In this document: positions 31,283 to 42,225 of the stretch, in pieces
Numbering within the stretch: the first letter of the stretch is position 1
Layout of the letters: each line of letters opens with the position of its first letter
Assembly (NCBI GenBank): GCA_048940925.1
Contig: JBHLOC010000009.1
Coordinates: 32,001-96,000, forward strand
Direction: 5' to 3'
Origin: Promethearchaeota archaeon
Lineage (GTDB): Archaea; Asgardarchaeota; Lokiarchaeia; Sigyniarchaeales; SOKP01
Length of the DNA stretch: 64,000 nt
The notes under the pieces: generated by a model
Database searches by the model: none
What the model was told of the DNA's origin: nothing
The model's input: only the letters and a program-made list of their open reading frames with translations
Position numbers and translations under genes: made by a program

Positions 31283-32704
31283 TTATAAGGATAAACCATA
31301 TTCATACATAAATTTGAAGGCTTTTATTGCTTGGTTTATGGTAGTCATGATGGGAATAATTAGTTTTGATTCAGATTGTGCGGCTGCTTTACTTATAAAA
31401 TCAAAAACCCATCTTGAACCAAAACAAATAATAATACAAGGTTTATTAAATTTCTCAGCAATTTGTTTTAGTGCAGTAAATTGTTCTTTAATTCCCTCTA
31501 ATGAATATGAAGCCATTCTTTGGAGTGGTACTCTTGGAACCGAAAAGATGTACAATATTCCGTCGGTATTACTATCTTGGAAAATTGCCTTAATAGAGGG
31601 GATAAGTGTCTGAAACATCGAAGGACCTAAATCAATGGTTCCACCAATTGATACCCAGTTTGGGATAACGGATTTTATTTTTTCAATCGTGCTGGTCTCT
31701 AAATCTGCAAGTTGCAAACCATGCTTTTTAATTTCATCGCACGCTAAAGCCCCTAAACTTCCTGAGCCAGTAATAATAGTAATATTTTTTCCTCGTAATA
31801 AAGGTTGTGTAGCAAAAACATGGGCAATATTAAATAATTCATAAAAGTTATCAACTCTAAAGACATAGGGATACTGGTTAAAAAGAGCATCATAAATTCT
31901 ATCATTTCCAGCAATTGAACCGGTATGGCTATTTACTGCTCTTGTTCCGATATCACTTCTCCCGTTCTTAAGTATTAATATCGGTTTGGTCATTTTCCTA
32001 AGTGTTTCTTTAAGTGCCTTACCTCTTTTTGTTCCTTCCAAATAAAGGGTTATTATTTTTGTTTGAGGATCATCATTTAAATATTCTAAAAGATCAACCT
32101 CATCAACATCAACTTTATTTCCAATTGTTATTGCTTTTGAAAACCCAATCCCTTGACTATTAGCCCAATCAATAAATACATTTCCTAATACTCCCGATTG
32201 GGCAATAACAGCAATGTTACCCTTTATTGCTTGTTCAAAATCCATGTCTGATGTTGTAAATTCATTATGAAAATTAGTTACTCCAATACAATTCGGACCT
32301 ATAATTCGAATTTTTGATTCTTTAGCAATTTTTTCGATTTCACTTTGCATTTTAACATATTTTACTGTACCTGTTTCCGCAAATCCAGCTGATTCTATAA
32401 TTATTCCTTTTACCTTTTTTTCAACACAATCTTTTATGGATTGAAGTACAAATTCATTGCTAACGATTATTATGGCTAAATCAATGCTGTCTGGTATATC
32501 TTTAACATTTTTATAAGCTTTATGATTAAAAATTGTCTCACTGTTTATATTGACTGGGTAAGTCTTAAATTTAGAATTTAGAAGGTAGGTGGTTGTGCCA
32601 GTACCAAATTTTGGTTTTTCTGATGCTCCTATTATCGCTACTGTTTTAGGATTGAAAAATATTTCCATATCTGACGTAAATGTCAACTTCTTTCCAGATT
32701 CCAT
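31283..32704 (-). CDS. ADP-forming acyl-CoA synthetase, alpha subunit
   Basis: AIIGAS, AGFAE, GPNCIG, AQSG, SHTG phospho-His. Start moved to the internal Met at 32704. Confidence 0.85.
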   Translation of the reverse strand: MESGKKLTFTSDMEIFFNPKTVAIIGASEKPKFGTGTTTYLLNSKFKTYPVNINSETIFNHKAYKNVKDIPDSIDLAIIIVSNEFVLQSIKDCVEKKVKGIIIESAGFAETGTVKYVKMQSEIEKIAKESKIRIIGPNCIGVTNFHNEFTTSDMDFEQAIKGNIAVIAQSGVLGNVFIDWANSQGIGFSKAITIGNKVDVDEVDLLEYLNDDPQTKIITLYLEGTKRGKALKETLRKMTKPILILKNGRSDIGTRAVNSHTGSIAGNDRIYDALFNQYPYVFRVDNFYELFNIAHVFATQPLLRGKNITIITGSGSLGALACDEIKKHGLQLADLETSTIEKIKSVIPNWVSIGGTIDLGPSMFQTLIPSIKAIFQDSNTDGILYIFSVPRVPLQRMASYSLEGIKEQFTALKQIAEKFNKPCIIICFGSRWVFDFISKAAAQSESKLIIPIMTTINQAIKAFKFMYEYGLSL

Positions 32705-32908
32705 TGAATAAGATATAATAATTAAAAAAATAATCGGCATAACTTAAAGATTTAGATTAATTAGCTAGGAGCGAGCAATTGATTTGAAAAAAATTAACTT
32801 TTTAAAAAAAAATAATGTAAATTGGATAATTTTGACGATAAATGTTTTTTATTAGAGCATCTTATTAACTTTTAAGATTAACAATATAGTTAATTTCAGC
32901 CTTATATA

Positions 32909-34063
32909 ATGTATCTAACTGGATTAATCAGAAAAGAATTTGGCAGAATCAAATCAGATAAAAGGACGTTAATTCTATTATTCATTATCCCTGTAATTTT
33001 GATTCTTGTTTTCGGTTTAACTACAGGAGGGGGACCAACAAAATTTTTTGTAGGAGCTATTATAACTCGTGATTCCATGCCAACTTATGATGATTTTCCA
33101 TCTAATTCTTCTAAATACGATAGTACCTTCATTTCAATAATGCAAAATCAAACTTCAACATGGGATCTATATACGTATTATAATTCAACTTCTTTAGAAG
33201 AATATAATACTGCATATCACAATTGTTATGAAATTTTAAGAAGGGGTGATATTGATGTAATCATTATTTTACCAGAAAATTTCTCAGAATCAGTCGAAAA
33301 TAAAACGAATCCCGTTTTAATTTATCATATCGATGGATCTGATTTCCAAGCTATATCAGCATTTGAAATAGCTATTCAAGAACCGATCGCTTTATTTAGA
33401 ACTCAAACAGATATGATAGCTAATTTTACGATTATGGTTCCTTATTTAGAATTTGATGTACCTTTTTGGGAGTCAGCTATTCTGAATTATGCAATCCCGA
33501 TCATCTTACCTATAATAATTATAGGAACTACTATGAATTTAACTTCACTCTCAATAGTTTCTGAAGCACCACTCCCTCGGATGCTAATAACTCCAACTGC
33601 TAAAAGAGAGATAATTTTAAGTAAATTAATTGCAAATTCGATAATTATGTTGCTTCAATCAACTGAAATTTTTGTAATGACCGCTTTTTTTGGATTATAC
33701 AGTTTAGGTTCATTGTTTTATTTCTTTTTAGTATTAATTATGATAGGGTTTAGTGGTGTTTGCATTGGATTATTTATTTCAGCCTTAAGTCCTACAGAAC
33801 AAAGTGCAAATCAAATGTATTTAATTATGTTCTTAGTAATACTTCTCTTTTCAGGAAGTCTCCTTCCATTGGGTAATCCTCAGGGAGCATTACTAATTTT
33901 TATGAATCTACTCCCATTATCTAATGCTATACCAATGATAACAGATATAACTCTAAAAGGATTATCACCAAATTTGATAAGCCTGTTTTGGCTTAACTTT
34001 AGTTCTTTGATGTATGTCACCTTAGCTTATATTATCTATATGTTTAAGAAATTGGAGGTGTGA
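32909..34063 (+). CDS. ABC-2 type permease
   Basis: N-terminal TM, extracellular domain, RMLITP...IILSK, five C-terminal TMs. Confidence 0.88.
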   Translation: MYLTGLIRKEFGRIKSDKRTLILLFIIPVILILVFGLTTGGGPTKFFVGAIITRDSMPTYDDFPSNSSKYDSTFISIMQNQTSTWDLYTYYNSTSLEEYNTAYHNCYEILRRGDIDVIIILPENFSESVENKTNPVLIYHIDGSDFQAISAFEIAIQEPIALFRTQTDMIANFTIMVPYLEFDVPFWESAILNYAIPIILPIIIIGTTMNLTSLSIVSEAPLPRMLITPTAKREIILSKLIANSIIMLLQSTEIFVMTAFFGLYSLGSLFYFFLVLIMIGFSGVCIGLFISALSPTEQSANQMYLIMFLVILLFSGSLLPLGNPQGALLIFMNLLPLSNAIPMITDITLKGLSPNLISLFWLNFSSLMYVTLAYIIYMFKKLEV

Positions 34064-34064
34064 C

Positions 34065-35342
34065 ATGAAAAAATCGCAGAAAAGATCTTTAAAGCCTAAT
34101 TTAAAAAAATTCAAAAATAAAATTCCAAGATTAAAACCTGATTCTAAAAAAATAGTTAGCAAAATATCAGGCTTAAAAAATAATACTTATAGAATCTTAA
34201 AACAAATTAAGAAAGAGTTTAGGCTTTTATGGACAGATAAATTCAATTTATTTCTAGCAATTGTGATGCCTCCTTTAATAATTATATTGTTAGGTTTTAC
34301 AATGACAGATGTCCCTCAAGAAGCACATGCACTTCCCTGTATAGTAATATCTTATGATTCTAATACATTTATCAATCAAAATGACTTTACAGAATCAAAA
34401 TTAGATAATTATACTATGCCTTACGTGGAAGCTGTGAATAAGTCAAAAATGCTTGATTTAGTTCGATTTTATAATGCAACAGAAGAGATTTATGCTATGG
34501 AAGAGGCTAGAAATGAATTATTAGCAGGAACTATCAATGTTATCATATCATTACCTATTGATTTTACTGAGTTCCTAGAATGGGGGTTACCTGGTTTGAT
34601 TGATTGTGTTCCTGATTCCTCAAATATTCAATATATTCAACAAAACCTTAATTCAGTCTATGACTCAATCAAAATATTCATACATGACAATAATCTTACT
34701 CCACAATTTATAGTTCGAGGTTTTGAAGAATTTACCATACCTAAGAGATATAGCAGAAATTTCAACACTAGTATGATTATGGCTCTCTCTTTTATGGTTT
34801 TTGGTATTGCTTTAGTTTTATCTATTTTAGTAATTGTCCAAGAGAAACCAATAGCACGACTCTTACTTACACCTATAAAGAGAACAGATATTTTGCTTTC
34901 TAAATATATAACTTATACTCTTGTATTGTTATTTCAGGTTACTCTTTTAATAATCAGTAGCTTATCTATGGGCTTATATATAGCTGGTACTGTTGCAGAC
35001 TTATTTCTGGCTTTATTTATGATAGGATTTTCTGGATTAACTATGGGTGTCTTTATTAGTTCACAGAGTAAAACAAAAACTCAGGCTAACCAATTATTTC
35101 TTGCGATTTTTCTTGTTGCTGTTTTATTAAGTGGTATATTCATTCCTATTGAAAATATGCCTCCATATTTACAGGTTATTGCATACATTCTGCCATTATC
35201 TCATGGAGATCCGTTAATTCGTGGAATACTTCAAAAAGGTCAGTCTATATTAGGACTCCACTTCTTTTGGTTATTAGCAATTAGTGTAGTGTTAATAGGG
35301 TTTACATTTATAATATTTAAAAGAAGAAAATATGAGGTGTAG
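34065..35342 (+). CDS. ABC-2 type permease
   Basis: RLLLTP, LSGIFIPIENMP..LQ...LPLSH. Confidence 0.88.
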   Translation: MKKSQKRSLKPNLKKFKNKIPRLKPDSKKIVSKISGLKNNTYRILKQIKKEFRLLWTDKFNLFLAIVMPPLIIILLGFTMTDVPQEAHALPCIVISYDSNTFINQNDFTESKLDNYTMPYVEAVNKSKMLDLVRFYNATEEIYAMEEARNELLAGTINVIISLPIDFTEFLEWGLPGLIDCVPDSSNIQYIQQNLNSVYDSIKIFIHDNNLTPQFIVRGFEEFTIPKRYSRNFNTSMIMALSFMVFGIALVLSILVIVQEKPIARLLLTPIKRTDILLSKYITYTLVLLFQVTLLIISSLSMGLYIAGTVADLFLALFMIGFSGLTMGVFISSQSKTKTQANQLFLAIFLVAVLLSGIFIPIENMPPYLQVIAYILPLSHGDPLIRGILQKGQSILGLHFFWLLAISVVLIGFTFIIFKRRKYEV

Positions 35343-35375
35343 AAAAAAATAAGTAAAATAAAATCAAAGAAAAGA

Positions 35376-36368
35376 ATGGTTGACGTAAATAATTTAAATG
35401 TAAAATTTGGTGAAAAACATGTTGTTCATGATGTTTCCTTTGTTGTCAATGAGGGAGAGATAATCGGACTTTTTGGAATCTCAGGAGCTGGAAAAACAAC
35501 TATAGTAAGAGTCATGACTTGTCAAATCGAAAAAAAGAATTGGAATGGAATGGTTAAGGTAACCGGGTTATCTCCTGAAAAGAAAAGAAACCATGCTCAG
35601 ATTCTTAGCAATATTGGATATGTTCCCCAACTCGAATTATTGAATTTATATTTTGAATTAGATCCAATGGTAAATGTAGAAGTCTTTACCTCTACATATG
35701 GAATGAATAAACAAAAAGCAAAAGAAACTGCAGAAAGGTTATTTAAAATTCTTGACATCCCTGAAGACACTTGGAATAAGAGTGTTAAACGGATGAGTGG
35801 GGGAGAAAAAAAGCGGTTATCAATGGCTATCGGACTAATTCATAACCCCGATGTTCTATTTCTTGATGAGCCAACAACGGGGGTTGATGCTTCAAAACGC
35901 TATGACATTTTAAGTTATTTAAAGAAATTAAACCAGAAATTGAATACAACAATGTTTATAATTACTCATGATTTGGAAGCCGCTTTAATATGTGATAAAG
36001 CTGCTATTTTAAGGGAAGGAAGACTATTAGAGTTTGATACTCCCCAAAACTTAATTTCATCTTTGCCAAGTGAAGGATTAATAGCAAGATTTACTATTGA
36101 AAATTTAAATGAAAGGATAATCGAATTTATTAGAAACTTTCCACCGATTAGAAGAATTATTAGGGTTGGAAATGAAGCAATTGAAGTTCTTATGGGGGAT
36201 TTTGAAGAAAATCTTCCAAAATTAATTCAATATATGATTGAAAATAATATAATAGTTAAATCAATGAGTAAAGATACTGCTACTTTTCGAAGATATTTTC
36301 AAATACGGATTCAGCAGGAAGAAGAAAAAGAAGAAAATGCGGAAAAAGTAAGGGTGATTAAAAAATAA
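35376..36368 (+). CDS. ABC transporter ATP-binding protein (DrrA-like)
   Basis: GISGAGKTT, MSGGE, LFLDEPT, ITH. Confidence 0.92.
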   Translation: MVDVNNLNVKFGEKHVVHDVSFVVNEGEIIGLFGISGAGKTTIVRVMTCQIEKKNWNGMVKVTGLSPEKKRNHAQILSNIGYVPQLELLNLYFELDPMVNVEVFTSTYGMNKQKAKETAERLFKILDIPEDTWNKSVKRMSGGEKKRLSMAIGLIHNPDVLFLDEPTTGVDASKRYDILSYLKKLNQKLNTTMFIITHDLEAALICDKAAILREGRLLEFDTPQNLISSLPSEGLIARFTIENLNERIIEFIRNFPPIRRIIRVGNEAIEVLMGDFEENLPKLIQYMIENNIIVKSMSKDTATFRRYFQIRIQQEEEKEENAEKVRVIKK

Positions 36369-36394
36369 TAACACTGAGCCGTAAAAACAAACGA

Positions 36395-39300
36395 TTGCTG
36401 AAAATCATTTTAGTGCTGGTTATTATAGTTGGCATTCCTAGCCTTGCTTTAATTTTAGTGAATATTCGCTATATATCATATATAGATGAAGATGAGGTTC
36501 ATTCTATAAAAGATAATGCTGCATTTTTTGCATGGAGCCATCAAAATGACGAGGGGTTATTTATTGAGCCTAAATTAGAACAAAATTTTAGAGCAATTGA
36601 CTCGATAAACTTCTCTATTGCTGTGGAATATTTTTCCAATTTGGTAAATCCTAACAATATTTCAAATGAATATGTAAGGAAATTAAGACCAAATATCTTT
36701 TTTGATTATATATTTGAAAAGCAAAACTATGATGGATCATATTCTGATTTTGGAGGACTTGGTAGTATGATCTCTACGCATCAAGCAATAAAAACTATTG
36801 AAATTGCCAATAAATCATATTTGAATCGTAAGATTCAACAAAATAAAACAGAGAATATTGTAAATTATTTAAATAATTCCTTGAAAGAAAATGGAGAAGG
36901 ATTCAAGTCAATATCCTACTTGAATGAGTCTGATATAATTTCTACTTCTTGTGCAATTGAGTTAGCAAATACTTTGAATGCGGGTTTTGTTCTCAAGAAT
37001 CCAAACATTTCTAAATATATTAATGCTACTTGGCTTAGTGGTAGCTATAAATTGACGGATGATGATTTGAGTATAGCTACAACAGAAACCACATATTATG
37101 GAATAAAGGCATTCTTAGGTATGAATATGACATATACAACTTTAGAGCGAACAGCAATTCAGATATATTTTAGCTCACTTTATAACATTATAGAAGGGGG
37201 ATTTTCGAATATTCCTGGTGGGAGTTCTACAGTAGAATCAACATATTATGTATTATCCTCATTAAACTCATTAAATCTATCATTTCCTTTCTTTGATGAA
37301 AATAAAACCTTAGAATTTATTATTAATTGTTCTAACTCAGATGGAGGTTTTGGTTCACGTCCGGGATCAGAATATGCTTCAGATTTTACGCCTGGATGGG
37401 CTGCAATAAAATCAATTGAGATCCTTAATAAAGAAAACTTAATAAATAATTTTGACACAATTAAGAAGATATTAAGATATTATGAATGGCTTCATATGTT
37501 TCAAGGGAAAAATGCTTTATTTGGTCGTACTACAATTGAAGCTAATTTTTATGGAGTATCAGCTCTTTACAAGTATAATAAGGTATATATTGACGAAGAT
37601 TTTATTACAAAAGATACCTTAGAGCATATTTTGCTCTTTGTTGACCAATGTTATAATCAATATGAAGGTGGTTTTGCATCCACTCCAGGAGAAAACGCAA
37701 CTCTATATGCAACCTATTGTGGGGTGAATATTTACAATATGCTTTATCCCTCTACTAACAAAATGTTGGATGAATTTAAAATTGGGAATATAACAAATTA
37801 TTTGGTTGAGCTCCAGAATTCTGATGGTGGTTTTAAGATCGGGGGTGACGTGGATGTATTATTATCAATGTATGGTCCATTTCATCAAGTTTTCTTGTAT
37901 TTTATTAATTCCAACATTTCTACTATGGAAAGCACATATTGGGGGTTATATTCTCTTAATATTCTTGATGGATTAGCTTTAATTGATAATGTTAATCTGA
38001 CTCATTGGTTGAGATCATGTCAGAATCCTGATGGAGGATTTTCGATATTTGTGGGATTTCATAGTGATGTGATTTCAACTTATTTTGCATTAGAGATATT
38101 TTCAAAATTATTAAATTCTGAACCAATGTCAAAAATAGATTCAATCAAATTTCTGAAAAACGCACAGACTTCTGATGGCTCATTTTCAGTTTTACCTGCC
38201 CTTGGAGCCTATTTAGGATTGCCCTCAACATTTTTAGTAACTTATTTTGGTTCAAAAGGTCTTTATGATTATAGATTTCAACCAGAAAATATTAGAAATA
38301 CTTTGAATTGGTTTACTGAATGTATAAGTTCAAATACAGGAGGGGTTGGAGACAATCCAGGATTTGGAGGAGATCTAAGAAATACTGCTAACGGCATTAT
38401 TATCATAGATGAATTACAATATGATCGGAGTTTTGATTCTAAACCATGGACTCAGTTATTAATCTATATTTTATTTATAGAAGCTGCGGGAATTGCTTTA
38501 TTTATCATCTTCAAATTGTACCAAAGACTTTCAATTCCTCAGAGAATTAAATTTTTATTAGGAATTGGTGGAAAACTTAATAGAGCTTATTTAGAAAAAT
38601 ATCCAGCTATTAATTGTGAAAATCTAAGTGTCTTTGCAGGGGGGAAATTAATAGTGGATTCAGTTTCTATGAATGTAGAGCATGGAAAAATATTAGGAAT
38701 TTTAGGAGAGAGTGGAGCTGGTAAATCCACTTTCATTAAAGGTTTACTGGGTATGAGAAAAATTATAGGTTTTTGTCAAATTTATGGAATGGATATGAAT
38801 AGAAGAATATCAAGAAGAATCAGACCTATCTATGGTTACGTTCCTCAGGATTTAGGTAAAATATATCACAATTTTACTACGCTGGAAAACTTATTATACT
38901 TTGGAAATCAATATGGGCTTACCGAGAAAGAAATAATAAGTAAATCTAAAAGAATTTTGCGTAGCTTAGAAATTGAAGATAAAATGAATGAATTAGTCAA
39001 AAATTTATCAGGAGGACAAAAAAGACGTGTTAGTATCGCTATTGGGTTAATTCATTCACCAATGTTCTTGATATGTGACGAGCCGACCTCGGGTCTTGAT
39101 CCTGTGGTCAGGGAACATCTATGGCTAGTATTAACAAAGATTAATGAACAGTTTAACACCACATTAGTAGTTATAACACATTATCCGGAAGAATCAAGAT
39201 TTTGTAATCTTGTTGCAATATTTGGTCGAAAACGCGGAATGATAGATTTTGGAGAGCCCAAAATGCTTTTAGGTAATTTACCAGGAAAAGGCAGATCAAT

Positions 39301-39556
39301 TGAAATAGTATTTACCGATATACAAGAGAATATGATAGAAAGACTTGAGGCGATTGATGGAATCGATAAAGTTTTAGAAAACAAAGCAGGTACAGATTTT
39401 TCAATATTTACTAATTTAAATATTGATAATCTGGTTGATAAAATTGAAGAAGAGATAGGGAAAGGTTTAATTAAAGAAATAAATCAAATTGATTCTAAAA
39501 TGGAACAATATTTCCGCTATAAAGCAATGGAGGTGCCTAAAGTTGAAGAACTCTAG
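36395..39556 (+). CDS. Prenyltransferase/squalene-cyclase-like repeat domain - TM - ABC ATPase fusion
   Basis: N-terminal TM, repeats QNYDGSY/SNSDGGF/QNSDGGF/CQNPDGGF/QTSDGSF, second TM, then GESGAGKS, LSGGQ, ICDEPT, ITH. Confidence 0.85.
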   Translation: MLKIILVLVIIVGIPSLALILVNIRYISYIDEDEVHSIKDNAAFFAWSHQNDEGLFIEPKLEQNFRAIDSINFSIAVEYFSNLVNPNNISNEYVRKLRPNIFFDYIFEKQNYDGSYSDFGGLGSMISTHQAIKTIEIANKSYLNRKIQQNKTENIVNYLNNSLKENGEGFKSISYLNESDIISTSCAIELANTLNAGFVLKNPNISKYINATWLSGSYKLTDDDLSIATTETTYYGIKAFLGMNMTYTTLERTAIQIYFSSLYNIIEGGFSNIPGGSSTVESTYYVLSSLNSLNLSFPFFDENKTLEFIINCSNSDGGFGSRPGSEYASDFTPGWAAIKSIEILNKENLINNFDTIKKILRYYEWLHMFQGKNALFGRTTIEANFYGVSALYKYNKVYIDEDFITKDTLEHILLFVDQCYNQYEGGFASTPGENATLYATYCGVNIYNMLYPSTNKMLDEFKIGNITNYLVELQNSDGGFKIGGDVDVLLSMYGPFHQVFLYFINSNISTMESTYWGLYSLNILDGLALIDNVNLTHWLRSCQNPDGGFSIFVGFHSDVISTYFALEIFSKLLNSEPMSKIDSIKFLKNAQTSDGSFSVLPALGAYLGLPSTFLVTYFGSKGLYDYRFQPENIRNTLNWFTECISSNTGGVGDNPGFGGDLRNTANGIIIIDELQYDRSFDSKPWTQLLIYILFIEAAGIALFIIFKLYQRLSIPQRIKFLLGIGGKLNRAYLEKYPAINCENLSVFAGGKLIVDSVSMNVEHGKILGILGESGAGKSTFIKGLLGMRKIIGFCQIYGMDMNRRISRRIRPIYGYVPQDLGKIYHNFTTLENLLYFGNQYGLTEKEIISKSKRILRSLEIEDKMNELVKNLSGGQKRRVSIAIGLIHSPMFLICDEPTSGLDPVVREHLWLVLTKINEQFNTTLVVITHYPEESRFCNLVAIFGRKRGMIDFGEPKMLLGNLPGKGRSIEIVFTDIQENMIERLEAIDGIDKVLENKAGTDFSIFTNLNIDNLVDKIEEEIGKGLIKEINQIDSKMEQYFRYKAMEVPKVEEL

Positions 39557-41288
39557 TGCTTTAAAAAGAGCTAAATTATTAAAAGAACATCGCAATATTG
39601 AATTGGAGCGCCTAAGATTAAAAATTTTAGACGCGATTAGGTTTTCCAGACGTTTTTGGATGACGTATAGAGAAAATACTTTTGGTATCGCATCAATTTT
39701 GAACTTGATTTATAAAAAATCATTTTTTGAAGTATTATTTTTTACCAATAAAGATGTTATGGAAAAAGGGGTGCCACTATTAAAAATCTATACCCCAATA
39801 GAAGATGAAATTGATTTTAATGAACTTATTGTAGAACCTGATTTTGATGATGATGGTCTCGTTAGTCCAAGTAAAATTATCGGCCGTATGAGGAAATTAA
39901 TTCGAAGAGAATTTCAAAAACATCTAGCTCTTCTAGACAATGAGGCGAATTTAATTGATGAAAGATTTGAAAATTATATTATCGATAATAATCCCTATCA
40001 TAGAGAGATAAGAATATCTTATCCCTATTTTGTTATAGAACTAAAGGTAAATTTTGAAAATTATCCCCTTGTCCCGTCATTGACATTTTCAAAAACCCTT
40101 TTAAAAGTTTTAAAAGAAAGAGAATTAAACGAAGAAGAAATTATTAAAAGTTGGAATGAAGTAAATCCACCCCATATTTATCAATTAATCGAAAAATTAT
40201 GTGAACTTGTATCAAGACGTCTTAAAATTGATCAACTAAATGAAGATTCTCAATATTTAGTCATAAACAACCTATCTATTGATGAAAGTATTAAGAATGT
40301 TTCATTTAAAATCCATAAAGGCAAATCAATAGGGATCATTTTTGAAGATGAACACTTGAAGAATGTCAGTCATGATTATGATATTTTAAATTTGTTTCAA
40401 GTTATTTCTGGTAGTTATTCTGATTTCTCTGGAACTGTTGAAATATTTGGAATACCTATTCAATCATTAGGTAAAAAGGAAAAAAAGAGTATTTTTATTT
40501 TACCTCAAGCATATGAATCGAAAATCCTAAATATGAAAATTAAGAAGGCAATCCATTATGGTATAGATATTAAAGAAATTATTAAACAGAAAAAATCTAT
40601 TATAAACCAAATTTTAAAACAAGCAGGAATTACACCTAAATTAGATGAAGTTATGAGTGATTTATTTGCAAAAGCAGTGATGAGAATGATTTTCAAAAAA
40701 AGAGCTTTTATTAATAGTGCTTTAGAAGATACAGGATTATTAAATAAAAAAAATAAAAAATTTTCAAGAGTAACACAATTAGAATTTCTCTTATTTTCAA
40801 TTGGAAGAGCTTTACTTCAATCACCCTCCATAATTATGTTTTTAATACCATTAATAATTTTAGATCGACTTGAATATGAAAAATTTAATAATTATATAGA
40901 GAAAATTAAAAAAGAATTCCGTGTGATCCTATTATTTCATGGTCCTGAAGGAATAGTATCCAATTGTGATCAGATATTGACTATTAGGAAAGATGAATCT
41001 AAAATTGGAACATATAATAGATTAATAGAAGAATTACCTCAATCAGGAGAGATAATAACAATTGAATTGAATAACCCTGATCGAAATTTGATAAAAAAAC
41101 TTTTTAAATTTGAGGAAATAGCTAAAATCAAAGAAGAAAGAAAGAATGAAAAATATAAATTATTTTTAAAGTCTGACCCAAATAAGATGGTAATTCGAAT
41201 AATAGAATTATTTGGGCAATATCTCTATAGTTTTAAAAGACATAAAGCCTCTTTGGGGGATTATTTGGAATTTTTTGAAGGTACATAA
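39543..41288 (+). CDS. RWD/UBC-like domain fused to a degenerate ABC ATPase
   Basis: TTG at 39543 after GGAGGTG. ELKVNFENYPLVP..WNE...I..LI is UBC/RWD-like. The ABC fold has lost its Walker A, Walker B and signature motifs. Confidence 0.6.
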   Translation: MKNSSALKRAKLLKEHRNIELERLRLKILDAIRFSRRFWMTYRENTFGIASILNLIYKKSFFEVLFFTNKDVMEKGVPLLKIYTPIEDEIDFNELIVEPDFDDDGLVSPSKIIGRMRKLIRREFQKHLALLDNEANLIDERFENYIIDNNPYHREIRISYPYFVIELKVNFENYPLVPSLTFSKTLLKVLKERELNEEEIIKSWNEVNPPHIYQLIEKLCELVSRRLKIDQLNEDSQYLVINNLSIDESIKNVSFKIHKGKSIGIIFEDEHLKNVSHDYDILNLFQVISGSYSDFSGTVEIFGIPIQSLGKKEKKSIFILPQAYESKILNMKIKKAIHYGIDIKEIIKQKKSIINQILKQAGITPKLDEVMSDLFAKAVMRMIFKKRAFINSALEDTGLLNKKNKKFSRVTQLEFLLFSIGRALLQSPSIIMFLIPLIILDRLEYEKFNNYIEKIKKEFRVILLFHGPEGIVSNCDQILTIRKDESKIGTYNRLIEELPQSGEIITIELNNPDRNLIKKLFKFEEIAKIKEERKNEKYKLFLKSDPNKMVIRIIELFGQYLYSFKRHKASLGDYLEFFEGT

Positions 41289-41325
41289 AAATTAAATAGA
41301 AATTATATAAAAAAAGTTATGAATT

Positions 41326-42129
41326 ATGATAAAAAGTTTATATATCTTGGATGAGAATGGAATCTTACTATATTCCAAAAATTACATGGAAAAAAATTAT
41401 GATCAAAATATATTAATTGGTTTTTTCTCATCAATATCTAATTTTAGTAGAGAAGCATTGGGGACTATAGTAAGAAATGTTGATCTAGGGGAGAATAATA
41501 AACTTATTTTAGTACCAAATATAGAAGAGAGAATTCTGGGAGCCGCTATAGTAAGTGCTAATGATAATAACGCACTTGTTAGACTCATACTTACTAATAT
41601 TTTGCAAGATTTTATCGATACATTTTCACCTGATTATGATCCGGATCTAATTTTCCCTGAAGATATGGATACGATTATTAATAATAATTTGAAAAGGAAA
41701 ACCATGCTATCCCCAAGGATAAGATTAATATTATCTTGGTCGATCGCAGGGCCTTTATCTTACTTTTTGATTTTATTAAGTATAAATGTAACCTATTTTA
41801 TTTACGATCTTTTTCGATTAAATAGATTCATTAATCCTGACCAATTGTTTACAAGATTTATGCCCTATTTAATATTATTATCTACAGCAAATATAATTAT
41901 TTTATTTTTGCTACCAAATTTAATTTTAGGATTTTTAGCTTCAACTTGGAGAATTGCTCTTTTAAACTCTTTCATCTACTTTGCTATAACTATTACGCTA
42001 TATTTTTATTCAGTAGCACCTAATTTCGCATACATTATTGTTGGGCATTTACCACTAACCTTAATATTTTCCCTGTTTTTTCTTTTTGTTGGTATGAGGT
42101 ATTCATCGAAGAAATTCTTAAAGGACTAA
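41326..42129 (+). CDS. Longin-like domain plus four TM helices
   Basis: IKSLYILDENGILLYSK...GFFSSI..F N-terminus with a hydrophobic C-terminal half. Confidence 0.7.
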   Translation: MIKSLYILDENGILLYSKNYMEKNYDQNILIGFFSSISNFSREALGTIVRNVDLGENNKLILVPNIEERILGAAIVSANDNNALVRLILTNILQDFIDTFSPDYDPDLIFPEDMDTIINNNLKRKTMLSPRIRLILSWSIAGPLSYFLILLSINVTYFIYDLFRLNRFINPDQLFTRFMPYLILLSTANIIILFLLPNLILGFLASTWRIALLNSFIYFAITITLYFYSVAPNFAYIIVGHLPLTLIFSLFFLFVGMRYSSKKFLKD

Positions 42130-42225
42130 TTGTTTAATAGTTCTTTTTATTTTATTATAAGTTTAAATAATACAATTTAGAAGTACTACTAATACTTAAT
42201 TTAAGCCTATTAATTCAGAATTATA

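Noticed and set aside
39489-39542. ORF-track N-terminal extension MILKWNN...
   Set aside because: It overlaps the upstream gene, and the GGAGGTG site supports a start at TTG 39543.
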